A stretch of DNA of 64,000 nt from Eledone cirrhosa (lineage: Eukaryota): positions 7,998,001 through 8,062,000 of the forward strand of contig OZ024757.1 in assembly GCA_964016885.1 (NCBI GenBank), in the 5' to 3' direction. The notes beneath the pieces are model-generated. The model was given only the letters and a program-made list of their open reading frames with translations, searched no databases and was not told where the DNA came from. Position 1 is the first letter of the stretch. Each line of letters starts with the position of its first letter. This document shows positions 15,248 to 31,028 of the stretch, piece after piece. The translations under genes were made by a program, and so were the position numbers.

Positions 15248-16226
15248 ACTTCCATCTTTTTATTAGTAGGAGTCAATTGTTCCTCTACATCTTTTTCTTA
15301 CTTCTTTTCTATCTTCCTCTGGGAGAAATCGGCTGTGTTTAGACCAGGAGTTACGAGTCTATATGAATCCATACAATATCTGATTTCACTTGAAGTTTTA
15401 TTCAGATCTCAATTCTGTTCAAACGAGAGAGGTGATGGGCTCGATCAGGTTTTTAAATATGCCTGAGAAATACTGTATGTCACTTAGTGTACCCCTACGA
15501 CTCCACTAGTGTTTCATTTGTTGAGGACTAGATCTGGGTTAGCCAGCCAAGTATCAGTAGAAGGGAAAACAGAGCCCTGATCCCCTCAGAAAAATGGCCT
15601 TGCTCTGTGTGCTAGAAAGGTGTAGGTAGAAATTCCATTCTCTGTCCAAAATACAAACAATGGGTACACAAGAGATGTAGTGGGATCTCAGGTAGGTTAG
15701 CTAAGAATATAGGTTTTACATGTGGCCATTGCACAGGAGCAGTAGGCAGCAAACATTCACAGGAAGCAACGATTGACTTTCGTCAAATTGGACCGAGGAA
15801 ACAATGTTTCCATTGGTCTTTCCAATTGCTAATACTACCTATCAGTCACAACTCCAGGTAGAAGGAGTAATGTGAAATAAAATGTCTTGCTCAAAGACAT
15901 AACACATCACCCGGTCGGTGAATCAAACTCACAACCTCACGATTGCGAATCCAATTCTCTAACCACTCAGCCACACGCCTTCACAGGAAACAAGCCCTAA
16001 CAAACTGTTGGAGGGTCACATAGAAGAGGTAGACAGCTTCTGTTACCTGGGTGATGATACAATCAGTGGAGGGGGGGGGGGGGGTTCTGAAAGTAGAGCA
16101 GCCTGAGTGAACATGGAATGGAAAAGGTTCAGGATGCTACTACCACTGCAACTTACTAAAGGCTTTTTCTTCAAAACAAAGGGCAGGTTGAATAATGCGT
16201 GTATATAAACAGTTTAACACACACAC

Positions 16227-16257
<31 letters not shown>

Positions 16258-17920
16258 ATTGTGTGTATATATATATATATACATTAAGACAATGTCACTG
16301 GACCGAGATCTTTGGCGCTACTCAGTAATACAGAAGATCCGCCTTGCCTATGTACATAGCGAAACCTACAGTCAGTAGGCACCTCTTAACCAAATATACA
16401 TCCCACTACCCCTATTCCACCCCATCAACACCACCCTATCTCTGTAAAGTTATGTTGGTACCACAACATCCAGTCCTAAATAAATGAGATCGTGTAGGTG
16501 TCACGACAAAAAAACACACAGTCCACGCTGTAATGTGGCCGTGTAGGTAACATGGTAAAAACCTCCCAGTCCACACTGTAAACGGGGTTGGTGTTAGGAA
16601 GGATATCCAGCCATAGAAAACCCGCCATCTAGTCCTATACAAGTGAGATACGGTCACCCGACCAATCTTGCCTCAAGTGGGACAATTCCCATATAAACCC
16701 ATGCCAGCGTGGAAGGTAGACGTTAAACGATGATGATGATGACAATCAATATATATAATCTAAATAGAATGGTATAATGAAAGCATATAATGTAGGTACA
16801 GCAGTATTCTCATAAATTGCTACAAAGGTAAAGGGGATGCTCTAGAGAGGAGCAATTATAGGGGCATAAAGCTGATGGATCAGGTTATGAAAGTGGCAGA
16901 GAGAATATTAGCGCAGCTGATTAGAGAAAGGGTCAATTTAGATGAGATGCAGTTTGGTTTTGTGCCTCGGAAAAGTACAACAGAAACCCTCTTCATAGTG
17001 AGGCAACTACAAGGAGGTTCTTAGAGAAGAATAAGTCACTATACATATCTTTTATTGACCTAGAGAGGGTCTTTGATAGGGTACCCTGATCTGTCATCTG
17101 GTGGTCCCTAAGGAAACTAGGTGTAGAGGAATGGCTTGTGAGGACAGTGCTAGCTATGTACAGGGGTGCTGTCAGTAAAGTGAGGGTAGGAATGGAGTTT
17201 AGTGAGGAATTCCAGATACAAGTAGGTGTACGTCAAGGTTCGGTCCTCAGCCTACTCTTGTTCGTTATAGGCCTAAAAGCCATAACAGAGGAGTTTAAGA
17301 CTGGATGCCCATGGGAACTTCTCTATGCTGATGATCTGGTTCTTATAGCAGAATCAGCGAATCAGTAGAGGGGTTAGAGAATAAATTCTGGCTATGGAAA
17401 CAGCAGTTGGAATCAGGAGGCCTGAGAGTGAACATAGCTTAAACAAAAGTGTTGATGAGTAGAAAAGAGGACAAAACTCTGATTCCATCGTGGAAATGGC
17501 CATGTTCGATATGTGGGAAAGGAACTGGCATAAATTCCATAAAATGTACGCAATGCAGATGTTGGGTACACAAGAGATGTAGTGGGAGAGCAGGCAAACC
17601 AACAGGTAGGGATAACTATGTATGCAGTAGATGTACAGGGAAAGTTGGCAGTAGTAATCGCAGTGATAAACACATTTTTCAAATACAGGTGGGTTCTATA
17701 GATGTGGTTGATAGCTTCCGGTACCTAGGTGATCAGATTAGCATGGGAGGGGTGTTCCGAGGCCATAGTATCTAGAATAAGGATGGGTTGGAAGAAGTCT
17801 AGGGAGCTGCTTTCTCTGTTGACAAAGAAGGGTTTGTCCCTGCATACGAAAGGATGATTATATGATGCCGATGTGCGATGCTGCATGGTAGTAAGACATG
17901 GGCAGCAACTGCAAAGGATA
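15248..17920 (-). other. About 2.7-kb segment inverted relative to the paralogous region about 50545-54480
   Basis: Reverse-complement match throughout except for the Penelope insert. About 95-bp inverted repeats at 15248-15340 and 17921-18014. Confidence 0.85.
16281..17915 (+). mobile_element. Two RTE fragments: a 3' end (16281-16743) and an RT/PHD region (16800-17915)
   Basis: (ATG)n tail near 16730. LLYADDLVL and WPCSICGKG..WVHKRC. Confidence 0.85.
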
Positions 17921-18280
17921 AACACAGCCTATTTCTCCCAGAGGAAGATAGAAAAGAAGTAAGAAAAAGATGTAGAGGAACAATTGACTCCTACTAATAA
18001 AAAGATGGAAGTTAAACTGGTGTTGTCATGTCACCAGGAGAGTAGATAATAGCTATGTTAGAGAGTCCTATCAGAAGGAATTTTTCACTAAACTGCCATA
18101 GAGCAGACTTCTCTAGAGATAGAAGGATAACATTTATAGAGCATGCTGGAATACCACTGTTTGCATTGGAGAGAATTACTCTGGACAGGAAAGTTGATAT
18201 CTACAGTCTACCAATATAGAAATATAAAATTTCAACTGTTAAATCTATCTCTGCTTCTTAAGTATTCTCTATTATCTCAT

Positions 18281-18301
18281 ACTGTTTCTTTCTTATTTCA
18301 G
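18281..18301 (+). promoter_or_regulatory. Candidate splice acceptor upstream of the ZNF coding exon (paralogs end at 38972 and 54766)
   Basis: actgtttctttcttatttcag: pyrimidine tract plus CAG, about 180 nt before the ATG. Confidence 0.5.
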
Positions 18302-18478
18302 AATACCAGATGACATTAGGATAAATTATTATTTTCAATCTCGGATACATCACCTCTATTTATCATCATTTGAAGACTATTAACTGAAATCACAGTTGAG
18401 GGAAATATAGAAGATATATTTTTTAGGAATATAATCTAAAAAATATTACAAGTATATTCTGTTGGAGATAAAATTATT

Positions 18479-20341
<1,863 letters not shown>

Positions 20342-20705
20342 CGAATTGACATCAGTGATAAATCCTCGCAAAATTGTGAATTAATGAGAATACAAATATA
20401 TATCAGTGTAATATCTATGGTAAATCATTCTCTTTCAATGCTACATTAACACAAATATATACAGGTGGGAAGCCATATCACTTTGATATGTTTGGAAAAT
20501 ATATCTTTTAATGCAGCAATTTAACTAAATATATGCATAGATGAGGGAAAACATATCATCATCATCATCATCATTTTACGTCTGCTTTTCCCTGCTTGCA
20601 AGGGTGGGATGAATCCTATTCAACACAGCATCTCTCCACTTGTCACGGTCCTTTGTCATATACACCGTGAGCCCATGTAAATCATTTTCTAATTTTGGTT
20701 TCACT

Positions 20706-21150
20706 AGACACGAACATACAGGAGAAGAAATATATCACTGTGATGTCTGTGGTAAATCCTTCTCTATATGTTTTGGTTTCACTAAACACTAACATACAGG
20801 AGAGGAACCATATCACTGTGATAAATCATTCTCTAAATGTTGTGGTTTAACTAGACACTAATATACAGGAGAGGAACCATATCACTGTGATGTCTGTAGT
20901 AAATCATTCTCTAAATGTTGTGGCTTCACTACACACTAATATACAGGAAAGGAACCATATCCCTGTGATGTCTGTGATAAATCATACTCTAAATGTTGTA
21001 GCCTGCCTACACACTAACATATACAGGAGAGGAACCATATCCCTGTGGTGTCTGTGATAAATCATTCTCTAAATGTTGTGACTTCACTACACACTAACAT
21101 ATACAGGAGAGGAACCATATCATTGTGGTGTCTGTGGTAAATAATTCTCT
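20706..21150 (+). repeat. ZNF-derived about 78-bp minisatellite (about 6 units)
   Basis: Same unit as 2692-3065. Confidence 0.85.
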
Positions 21151-22736
21151 TGTAAATGTTACTTGATGCAACACAAACACAATCAGACAAGGTAAAAACC
21201 ATGTCACTCACCTAAAATACTGCCACCAATGTTGTTAATATCTTGAATAAAACTGTTTTACTAAGAAATTCTTCTTCTTTCATTTTATTTGTAGAAGTTG
21301 TAACCAAGACTTGTGCTGACTAAACTGTATTGTTCAGAATTGACATATGCTATATGTGAATGTATGTGTGTAGAAATTTGTGTCCATGTATATGTTTGTA
21401 TATAAGTATGTGCATATCATCATCATCATCATTTTGTGTCCGCTTTTCCCTGCTTGCAAGGGTGGGACTGAATTGATTCTGGCTTGATTTCTACAGCTGG
21501 ATGCCCTTCCTAACACCAACCTCATTTACAGTGAATGCTGGGTGCTTTTTGCCGTGGCACCTCCACGACCACTTTCCAGTGGAATGATAGGAACCCCAGT
21601 CCCTATCATCTCATTTCTTCAGCTGAATAAACTGGAGCAATGTGAAATAAAGTGTCTTGCTCAAGGAAACATCACATCACACAGTCTGAGAATTGAACTC
21701 ACAACCTTTCGATTGCAAGGCCAATGCTCTAACCACTAAGACATGTGCCTCCACTGTGCATATCTGTATTTGATTTATTTATTATGTATGTGTGTATATG
21801 TACGTCATCTTCATCAACATCATCACTGTTTTTATGTTCGTTTTTCTATGCTTCCTTGGGCTGGACATGTCCTTCTCAACATGGCATCTTTCAACTTGTC
21901 GTGTTCCTTTGTCATCTCCTCTGTGAGAGTCAGTTCACACAGCCTCTGTCCAGGTCTTTCTTGGTGTACCTCTACTATGGCTTCTTTCTACTGTGATATC
22001 CTGGCACTTCTTCACCCAGCTGTCATTATCCATGTGTATCACATGTCCGTACCAATCCAGTCTTCTCTCTTACACATCTCATAAGATCCCTCTTAAACCC
22101 AGCTTCTCCCTCAATTTGTCCAAGCTCTGCCTTTCTCTCACACTTAAATGGCACATCCAATGTATCATGGTTGCTTCATTCCTCTCCAGTCTACACTTTT
22201 TTTCTACTGTCACAGCCCTTGTTTCACTACCATGCAGCATCATATTTTATTGGCAGGTGTTATACAGTCATCCTCCACTGCTAATTAAGTCACAGAAGCT
22301 ATCAACCACTTCAATGTGTGTATAATTACAAGTGTATCTTTATGTGTTTGTGTATATATGTGTATACATCTGCATAGATTTGCAGTATATGATACAGCCG
22401 GGAGAACATCTCATATTATCTGGGTCCTTCTAGTAGATCCAGCAAGTGACACATATATATATATATTATATATATATGTATAATATATATATATACATAT
22501 ATATATCGTCAGTCGATCGACTTTCGTCAAATTGGGCCGAAGAAACAATGTTTCCATTGGTCTTTCCAATTGCTAATACTATCTATTGGTCACAACTCCA
22601 GGTAGGAGGAGCAACGTGAAGTAAAGTGTCTTGCTCAAGGACATAACACATCACCCGGTCCGAGAATTGAACTCACAACCTTTCAATTACAAGCCCAATG
22701 CTCTAACCACTAAGCCATATATATTATATATATATT

Positions 22737-22907
22737 ACTAGCCGAATATGCTGGAGATCGCTAAATCGCCTAATGCGGTCCCTAGGGCATTGAAAATTTG
22801 AAATTTTTCTCCTCAAAACACTCACAGGACCATAAGTATTACATGTGTAAAGTTTAAAGACAATGGGTTGGGTGGTTCTTCAGTTTTAGGCATTCTCTAT
22901 TTTAGAT
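22737..22907 (+). mobile_element. Short interspersed element, possibly a Helitron/Helentron-associated non-autonomous type (partial paralog 7957-8080)
   Basis: Starts tactag and contains a tgtgtaaagttt..ggttctt..gtttt motif. The classification rests only on general resemblance. Confidence 0.3.
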
Positions 22908-25670
22908 ATCATCATCATCATCATCATCATCACTGTTTTACGTCCGTTCTTCCACGTTAGCATGGGTTAGACAGGTTGTCCTGTTCTGGGCAGTGTCTGG
23001 TCGGCTGACCATTCCTTGCTCATAAAGGAACTGATTTGGCTTGATTTCTACAGCTGGATGCCCTTCCTAACACCAACCTCATTTACAGTGAGTGCTGGGT
23101 GCTTTTCGTGGCGCCTACACGTCCACTTTATAGTGTGGGCTGGGTGCTGTTTTGCCGTTGCACCTCCACGACCACCTTGCAGTGGGGGGTGAGGGGGCAT
23201 ATTGTCTATATGCTTCAGCTTGTACCCATGGGAGGTCGGGTACTCTGTATTACTGCGTGACGCCAGAAGTCATGGTCGTGTGTCATTGCCTTTGAGAGGT
23301 GTAATTGAGTAAGGTCGGCTTTTATCACCTCATCCCAGGTCATATTGGGTCTCCCCACTCCGCGGTTTCCATCAACTTCTAGTGCTCTGCACCTTTTTAT
23401 GCAGCTGTCATCCTTCATACGCATCACATGTCCATACCAGCGCAACCGCCTCTCCTGCACACAGCATTTGATTCCTCTTATGCTCAGTCTCTCTCTCAAT
23501 TCATTTATGCTTTGTCGTTCACATATATTACTGTTACACATCCATCGGAGCATGCAGGCTTCGTTTCTCTCTAATCTACATAAGTCTTCCACCTCTAGTT
23601 CTACCATAGATTCAGCTATGAGTGTGAGGTCATCAGCATACAGGATTTCCCTTGGGCATCCGGTCTAAAACTTCTCCGTTATTGCCTGCAGGAATATGAT
23701 GAACAGGAGGGGGCTAAGAACAGAGCCCTGGTGGACCCCAACCTATACGCTAAATTCCTCGCTATACTCATTGCCAATCCTAACTTTGCTGACTGCTCCC
23801 CTATACATGGCTTGTACCGCTTTCACAAGCCATTCATCTACTCCTAGTTTTCTAAGAGCCCACCAGATTACAGCAGGTGGAACTCTGTCAAAGGCTTTCT
23901 CAAGGTCGACAAATGCCAAGTAGAGTGGCTTACTTTTAGCTAGGTACTTTTCCTGTAATTGCCTGACAAGGAAGAGGGCATCACTGGTGCCTCTTCCTGG
24001 TACAAACCCAAATTGCATCTCGTCTATTTCCACCCGGTCCCTAATCAACTGTGCTATAACTCTTTCTGTTACTTTCATGATCTGGTCCATCAACTTTATA
24101 CCTCTATAGTTTCCTCTATCTAGTGCATCGCCTTTACCTTTGTAGCAGTTGACAATGATGCTACTGCACCAATCTTTTGGTATGACACCTTTTAGTATTA
24201 CCTGGTTAACAATACGTGTGGTTATAGTGTGACCTACAGACCCAGATGCCTTCAGCATCTCGGCAGCTATACCCGATGGACTGGTTGCCTTCCCCATCTT
24301 CATATCTCCGATTGCCTTACTTAGTACATTGCTGCTGACTTGTACTGCTGGTCCCTCTATAGGGTCTACTTGGGGTAGGGTCTCTTCTTCCCATGCATTC
24401 TCCTCATTTAGTAATCTATCATAATGATTCTTCCATGCATCTTTCTTCTCAGCACTTGTGAGGGCAAGCTCACCCTTATCATTCCGGATACACTTCTCTC
24501 CAATGACATCACTACTATCTCTGACACACTGCCTCGCAATCTTGAATACCTCCTGTTTCTGGTCCTCACGTTGCAAAACATGCTTGGATTTTCTATCCTC
24601 TGCTTCCATCCTAGCTAAGTATACTTGTCGCCTAGCTTCCCTCTTGGTCTCTATGTAATGTACCCTGCTCCTCCCGTTCTTCCATTCTTTCCATGCCTGT
24701 CTCTTGGCCTTAACTGCTTCATCTACCTTATTGTTCCACCACCAAGTCACTCTCCTCCTGCTTGAGGTCTTACTCCAGCCACAGATCTCATCCGTCGCCT
24801 CTAGTAAATTATTTTTTAGGAACTCCCAGTTCTCTTCTACATTAAACGTCTATATCTGTTCTTCTTTACTGTCGTAGGCGTTGAGTAAAATATCTTCAAA
24901 TCTGTTACTGGTTGAGGGGATTTTCAGCTTCCAGATCTTTCTTCTCCAGGTTGGCCTCTGTTTCCAGGTTCGTCTAGTTCTGACCATGAGGTCGCTGACA
25001 ACTAAGCTATGTTGGGATGTACATTCCTCAATAGGGAAGGCTTTTGTGTTTACGACCGTCCATCTGTCACGTCCTCTGATGAGGATAAAATCTAACTGAC
25101 TAGAGTGCTCCCCGGATCTATAGGTGATCAGGTGGTTGTCAGGTTTTTTAAAGTTTATGTTACATATCGACATGTCATTGGCGTCGCAGAATTCTAGAAG
25201 TCTGAATCCTTCCTCATTCCTTGTGCCAACCCCATGGCCTCCATGTACTCTATTGAAGTGTTTACCTACGTGTCCGTTAAAATCTCCTGCGATGATTAGG
25301 AAGTCATTGTCGTCTGTTAGAGCAGTAGTGTGCATTAGGGACTCGTAAAACCTATCCTTAAGTTCGTCTGGCAGCCCCGATTGGGGTGCGTAAGCTGATA
25401 TTATTGTGGTAATTGTTTTATTCAGGACTAGTCTGAGTTTAATGATTCTTGCATTTACCCTGTACACTGAGATTACTTTATCTACCCACTTGTCAGCTAG
25501 TAGTATACCTACACCACCCATCCCATCGTCATTTCCCACCCAGAAAAATTTGTAGCACCGACTTTTTCTTACCAGGACTCTGGCAGACTCTCCTCTCCAT
25601 CTAGTCTCTTGCACACAGCATACATCAACTTCCTTTCGCTCTAGCATTTCTACGATTTCTCCTGCTCTTC
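22908..25670 (-). mobile_element. Longest RTE LINE: endonuclease, RT and C-terminus, with an internal deletion near 23600
   Basis: ORFs 24850..25647 (APE), 23743..24750 (RT) and 23215..23607. The YADD region is joined directly to RLERNE. (ATG)n tail at about 22908-22932. Confidence 0.93.
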
Positions 25671-26021
25671 GTATATGAAATATACATATTATATATATAT
25701 ATATATGTTAAATATATATATTATATATATATATATATGTTAAATATATATATTATATATAATATATATATATTAAATATATATCAACCCATACTATAAA
25801 GTGGACATGTAGGCACCACGGAAGAAAAGTACCCAGCTCTCAGTGTAAATAAGGTTGATGTTAGGAAGGGTATCCAGCAGTAGAAATCAAGGCAGAATCA
25901 GTTCCCGTATGAGGAAGACAAGGTCAACCAACCGGACACTGCCCACAACAGGACAACCCGTCTAACCCATGCTAACATAGAAGAACGGACGTAAAACAGT
26001 GATGATGATTATATATATATA

Positions 26022-27506
26022 TCATCATCATCATGTTTCGTTCGCTTTTCCCTGCTGGCAAGGGTGGGACGGGTCTTATTCAGCACAGCATCTCTCCTCT
26101 CGTCACGGTCCTTCGTCATCTCCACCGTGAGCTTCAATCATCTGAGGTCTGTTCTCACCACCTCCGCCCATGTTTTTCGTGGTCTACCTCTACCACGTCT
26201 TCCTTCAACTGGCATTTCCTGGCACTTCTTCACCCATCGGTCATCCTCCATGCGTATCACATATCCATACCACCTCAGTCTCCTCTCCCGTACACTAAAT
26301 TCTATCCCTCTCAGACACAGTTTCTCTCTCAACACATTCATGCTGAGTCGTTCATGCACATTTACACTGCACATCCAACGGAGCATGCTTGCCTCATTTC
26401 TCTCCAGCCGTCACATATCCTCTGCAGTTGCTGCCCATTTCTCACTACCATGCAGCATCGCGCTCCTCACACAGGCATCATACAACCGGCCTTTCGTACG
26501 CAGGGAGAAACACTTCTTCGTCAGCAGAGGAAGCAGCTCCCTAAACCTCTTCCAACCCATCCTTATTCTCGACACTATGGCCTCGGAACGCCCTCATCCC
26601 ATGCTAATCTGATCTCCTACATACCGGAAGCTAACCAACACTTCTATAGCGCCTTCCTGCATTTGAAAAATGTGTCTATCAATGCGACTTCTACTGTCTA
26701 ATTTCCCTGTACATCTACTGCATACATATTTCTCCCTACCTGTTAGTTTGCCTGCTATCCCGCTACATCTCTTGTGTACCCAGGATCTGCATTGTGTGCA
26801 TTTTATAGAATTTTTGCCAGTTCTTTTCTGCATATCGAACATGGCCATTTCCCTGACGGAATCAGAGTTTGTCCTCTTTTATACTCATCAACACTTTTGT
26901 CTTAGCTAGGTTCACCCTCAGTTCTCTTGATTCCAACTGCTGTTTCCATAGCCAGAATTTATTCTCTATCTCCTCTACTGATTCTGCTATAAGAACCAGA
27001 TCGTCAGCATAGAGAAGTTCCCATGCACAGCCAGTCTTAAACTCCTCTGTTATGGCTTGGAGGATTATAATGAACGAGAACAGGCTGAGGACCGAACTTG
27101 ATGTACTCCTACTTATATTTGGAATTCCTCACTAAACTCCATTCCTACCATGACTTTACTGACAACACCTCTGTACATAGTTTGCACTGTCCTCACAAGC
27201 CATTCCTCAACACCTAGTTTCCTTAGGGACCACCAGATGACAGATTGGGAGTCCCTATCAAAGGCTTTCTCTAGGTCAACAAAGGCTAAGTATAGTGACT
27301 TATTCTTCTCTAAGAACCTCTCTTGCAATTGTCTCACCAAGAAGAGGGCATCTGTTGTACTCTTCCCAGGCACAAAACCAAACTGCATCTCATCTAGTTT
27401 GACCCTTTCTCTAATTAGTTGTGCTAATATCCTTTCTGCCACTTTCATAACCTGATCCATCAGTTTTATACCCCTATAACTGCTCCTCTCCAGATCATCC
27501 CCTTTT
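26022..27506 (-). mobile_element. 5'-truncated RTE LINE, paralog of 8942-10421
   Basis: Same motifs and same truncation point. Confidence 0.9.
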
Positions 27507-27563
27507 TATATATACATATATATATATATATATTATATATCATATATTAAATATGTATACATA

Positions 27564-28414
27564 CAGGGTGCGGACGATAATTATTCGCAAGATTACTGTC
27601 TAGGAAATAATAACACAGTAGTTTTGTTTTTTAAGATTTATTTATCAAACTTGGGTCAGTTTGTCTTCATGACTTGTTCTTTCAATCTCACTTGATAAAC
27701 CTGCCATTGGCTTTGATGACGGCCTCGAAACCGGCTACAGGCCTTCGTCACTGTCTCCTGACTTAGGCCCCTAAAGGCACTTGTGATCCTGGCCTTCAGA
27801 TCGTCTTTCGTATTGCAGCTAGATCTGTTGTTGTCTTGTTTCACTGCGCCCCACACAAAGAAGTCGAGAGGATTGCAATCACACTAGCTGGGCGGCTAGA
27901 TGTCAGGGGAGGTGAGGTCAACGAAGTTCTCTGTCAGCCAGGCTTGGATCATATGGCAGGGCGCTGAGTCTTGCTGCCACACGTACGGCCTACCTGCAGC
28001 TACCTGGGCCATCAAGGGCTTTACTACCTCGCTCAGAACGCGAATGTAGCCATCGGTGTTCAGCTTGAGACCCTCGGGGAAGCAGTTAGGTGGCATGACG
28101 ACACCTAAGACCAATGTTGTCGGTGGAAACTTTATCTGTATGACTCTGGGCACGTCTTTGGATGAGACAGCGAGCCACATGTTGTTCTGGGAGTTAACTT
28201 CTGGTCTTATTTGTCCTCTCGGCGCAGATTCCAAGAAGAACTCCGTGTCTCTGCCACAAATTTGGAGGTTCAAAATTATTCATAATCAATTATTCTGAAA
28301 ATAAATAATTGAAATATAGTCACTGTTTTTATGAGGACAAGAGTGACAACGGAGTAAAAAAAATTTGCATAAAATTAGCAGTTGAAAATTGCGACCAAAT
28401 ATCGTCCACACATG
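27564..28414 (-). mobile_element. Deleted Tc1/mariner (maT-like) transposon
   Basis: TA-flanked TIRs. RPYVWQQDSAPCH..SPDI in ORF 27896..28273. Confidence 0.82.
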
Positions 28415-28499
28415 TACATATATATATCATATATACATACATATATATATACATATATATATATACATCTATATTCATATATATATATACATATATATG

Positions 28500-31028
28500 T
28501 ACAATATAGAGGAACAATGGGAATTCCTGAAAGCAAACTTGCTAATGGCAGCAGATGAAATCTGTGTCTGGAGCAGATCTATAGGCAGGAGGAGAGAAAC
28601 ATGGTGGTGGAACAGTAAGGTGGAGGAGTCAATTAAGGCCAAAAAGCAGGCTTGGAAAGCATGGCGGGATGGGGGAAGTATAGAACACTACCTGGTGGCC
28701 AGGAGGGAAGCTAGGAGACAAGTATACTTCGCAAGAAGGGAAGCAGAGGAAAGAAAGTTCAAAGATGTTCTACAACGCGAGGATCAAAAACGTGAGGTGT
28801 TCAGGATTGCTAGGCAATGTGTCAAGGAAAACCGTGATATTTTCGGGGAGAAGTGTGTACTTAATGATGATGGCGTACTTGCCATCACTGTCGCTGATAA
28901 GAAGGTAGCTTGGAAGTGTCACTACGAAAGGCTACTAAATGAGGAGAATAAATGGGAGAAAGACAGTTTCCCCCACATCGACCCAATAGAGGGAACAGCA
29001 GTGTTAGTCGAAGGTAGTATAATAAGTAAGGCAATCAAAGATATGAAGACGAGTAAGGCGGCTGAGCTTTCGGAAATAGTTGCTGAAATGCTGAAAGCCT
29101 TGGAACGGTGGGACACACCATGGTCACACGGATATTATACCAAGTCATACAGAATGGGGTTGTTCCGAAGGACTGGCGTAGCAGCATCATCATTAACTGT
29201 TATAAGGGTAAAGGAGATGCCCTAGATAGGAGTAACAATAGAGGCATTAAATTAATCGACCAGGTCATGAAGGTCACAGAAAAAGTAATAGTGCAACTAA
29301 TCAGAGAGAGAATTGATCTAGATGAAATGCAGTTCGGGTTTGTGTCTGGCAAAAGTACCACAGACGCTCTTTTCATTGTACGACAACTACAGGAGAAGTA
29401 CCTAGCTAAAAGTAAACCCCTATACTTAGGTTTTGTCGACTTGGAGAAAGCCTTCGACAGAGTCCCCCGTTCCATTATCTGGTGGGCTCTTAGAAAACTA
29501 GGTGTTGATGAATGGCTTGTGAGAGCTATACAAGCCATGTATAAAGAAACAGTCAGCAAGGTTAGAATTAACAACGAATATAGTGAAGAGTTTAGCGTAA
29601 AAGTTGGTGTTCATCAGGGCTCCGTTATTATCCCCCTACTATTTATTATTGCCCTTCTGGCTATAACAGTGGAGTTCAAGACCGGCTGCCCATGGGAACT
29701 CCTATACGCAGATGATCTAACGCTCATAGCTGAATCAATGGCCGAACTAGAGAAGAAATTCCAAACATGGAAGCATGGCCTAGAATCAAAAGGCCTTAAA
29801 ATTAACCTGTCTAAGACTAAAGTTCTAGTTTGTAGGAAGGAAAATAGGGCGCCGGTCCTATCCGGGAAATGGCCATGCTCAGTGTGTAGGAAAGGAGTAG
29901 CTAGAAACTCCATTTTATGTCCCAAATGCAAAGTATGGGTGCATAAAAGATGTAGGGGGTTCACAAGTAAGCTAACTAAGAACATTGCTTTTATATGTGG
30001 CCGGTGCTCTGGTGCAATAAGTAGCAGCAAGTGCCCACGGAATACTAGCTCATTCGATTGCACAGATGGTTCTATAGAAATAGTGGACAGCTTCCGTTAC
30101 CTGGGTGACAAAATCAGCAGTAGGGGAGGGTGCTCTGAAAGTACAGTAGCTAGAGTCAGAACTGGATGGAAAAAGTTCAGAGAGCTTATACCACTATTAG
30201 CCGCTAAAGGGTTCTCCTTAAAAATGAAAGGTAGGCTGTATGATGCCTGCATACGAACATATATGTTGCATGGCCGTGAGACCTGGGCATTGTGTGCAGA
30301 GGATATACGCAGACTAGAGAGGAACGAAGCTTGCATGCTCCGCTGAATGTGTAATAGTAATATACGTGAACGGCAAAGCATAAACAAACTAAGGGAGAAA
30401 TTAGGAATAAGAGGGATCAGATGTTGTTTACTCGAGAGAAGACTACGTTGGTATGGTCACGTGATGCGCATGAAAGACGACAGCTGTATAAAAAAGTGCA
30501 GGGCAATAAAAATAGGCGGTAGCCACGGAGTAGGCAGATCCAGAAAAACCTGGGACGACTTGATAAATTCCGACCTCACACACTTACACCTCTCCAAGAC
30601 AATGTCTCTGGACCGAGATCTTTGGCGCTACACAGTAATAGAGAAGACCCGCCTTACCTAAATACAAAGTAAAACCTACTACAGTCAGTAGACACCTCTA
30701 ACAAAATATACCCACACCCTATCCACTTCACCTCTTTCCATGTAAAGTTATGTTGGTACCACAACATCCAGGCCGAAACAAATGAGGTCGTGTAGGTCTC
30801 ACGACAAAAAACACAGTCCCTGCTGTAATGTGGCCGTGTAGGTAACACGGTAAAAACCTGCCAGTTCTACACTGTAAATGTGGTTGGTGTTAGGAAGGGC
30901 ATCCAGCCGTAGAAAATCCGCCAGACAGTCCTATGCGAACAAGACAAACACTCTTGCCTCAAGTGGGAAAACTCCCGTCCAAACCCATGCAAGCGTGGAA
31001 TATGGACGTTAAACGATGATGATGATGA
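28500..31028 (+). mobile_element. 5'-truncated RTE LINE with RT, PHD-like finger, C-terminus, 3' UTR and (ATG)n tail
   Basis: ORFs 28389..29225, 29108..30346 and 30347..30661: one frameshift and one TGG>TGA. Confidence 0.95.

Noticed and set aside
22908-25670. Autonomous active LINE
   Set aside because: It has frameshifts and a deletion removing the region after YADD.
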